From: Bacillota bacterium
GTDB lineage: Bacteria; Patescibacteriota; Minisyncoccia; Phycocordibacterales; Phycocordibacteraceae
Direction: 5' to 3'
Assembly: GCA_050260455.1 (NCBI GenBank)
Contig: JBLNCF010000004.1
Coordinates: 15,917-79,916 of the forward strand
Length of the DNA: 64,000 nucleotides
A program made the position numbers and the translations under genes. The notes below the pieces were generated by a model that was not told where the DNA came from, did not search any database, and worked only from the letters and a program-made list of their open reading frames with translations. How positions within the stretch are numbered: the stretch's first letter is position 1; the number at the start of each line of letters is the position of its first letter. Shown here piece after piece: positions 63,495-64,000 of the stretch.

Positions 63495-64000
63495 ATGGCC
63501 GCTAAAAAAACAGTGAAAAAGAAGACCGTAAAGAAGACGGCCGCTGCGAAGCGTCCGGCTAAAAGTGCGGCAAAAAAGACCGTGAAGAAGACCGTAAAGA
63601 AAGCGGCGCCGAAAAAGGCTGCTCCTAAGAAAGCTGCGAAGAAGTCCACTCGCGCGATGGCGGTGGTGCGTGCAGCTGCTACTGGCGCGAAGGCCAAGGC
63701 GAGCGCACAGAAGCAGGATAAGGCAGAGATTCTTATTCAGAAGGGAAAGCAGCGCGGCTATATCACCTACAGTGAAATCTTGAGGGAGTTCCCGCACGTG
63801 GAGGACGACGTCGATTTCCTCGACGAACTCTACCAGCGCTTCACCACGGCCGGCATCGACATTCTCGAAGGGGGCATGCTTGAGGACAATGCCGATCAGT
63901 ACCTCGCTACCCGTAACATCAAGGGTCGTGAGTCCTCGGGCTACGATTCCATCCAGATCTATCTTCGTGAGATCGGCCAGTATCCGCTTCTTACGGCTTC
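63495..64000 (+). CDS. rpoD: RNA polymerase sigma-70 (RpoD), 5' partial, with Lys/Ala-rich histone-H1-like N-terminal extension
   Basis: MAAKKTVKKKTVKKTAAAKRPAKSAAKK... then region 1.2-like DSIQIYLREIGQYPLLT. Runs off the window end. Classic dnaG-rpoD arrangement. Confidence 0.8.
   Translation, partial: MAAKKTVKKKTVKKTAAAKRPAKSAAKKTVKKTVKKAAPKKAAPKKAAKKSTRAMAVVRAAATGAKAKASAQKQDKAEILIQKGKQRGYITYSEILREFPHVEDDVDFLDELYQRFTTAGIDILEGGMLEDNADQYLATRNIKGRESSGYDSIQIYLREIGQYPLLTA

Overview
This 64-kb window reads as a gene-dense, rearrangement-free stretch of a reduced bacterial chromosome. The features are split and N-terminally shortened housekeeping proteins, Lys/Ala-rich tails on ribosomal proteins and on sigma-70, and many short or absent 5' leaders. 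Together they suggest a CPR/Patescibacteria-like or similarly streamlined monoderm lineage. This is an inference only. Three kinds of content are present.

1. A sugar-phosphate block: gap, rpiB, rpe-like, split transketolase (N and C halves), a convergent PfkB kinase, and class I aldolase.

2. Core information-processing genes: rplY, rpmE, prfA, rpsB, tsf, one tRNA-Thr(UGU), pheST, gyrB, thrS, dnaE, rnhB, rpmF, rnc, an SMC-like ATPase, gdh, rnr, rpsP, a KH protein, trmD, rpoBC, and dnaG with the start of rpoD.

3. Two accessory cell-surface loci. The first (about 7.4-18.0 kb) holds a coiled-coil SLT transglycosylase, two paralogous CARDB-like secreted proteins, a polytopic membrane protein, an Lnt-like CN-hydrolase acyltransferase and a C-terminally anchored wall protein. 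The second (about 28.1-33.7 kb) holds a sortase, a 30-aa Tyr/Cys tandem-repeat protein, a Cys/Trp-rich anchored protein, and an 800-aa protein with a 35-proline stalk, five tandem Ig-like repeats and an LPYTG sorting signal that, unusually, continues into another ~230 residues.

Other notable items are a NusB-Nudix fusion, a hinge-less mini-SMC next to a Gam-like gene, a candidate RNase P RNA in the rnhB-rpmF gap, a possible small RNA or attenuator between dnaE and thrS, and a recurrent extended -10 / near-leaderless promoter pattern. I found no CRISPR array, transposase, integrase or recognisable defence operon. Many long antisense shadow ORFs from the six-frame track were rejected. All non-ORF coordinates are approximate (±3 nt).
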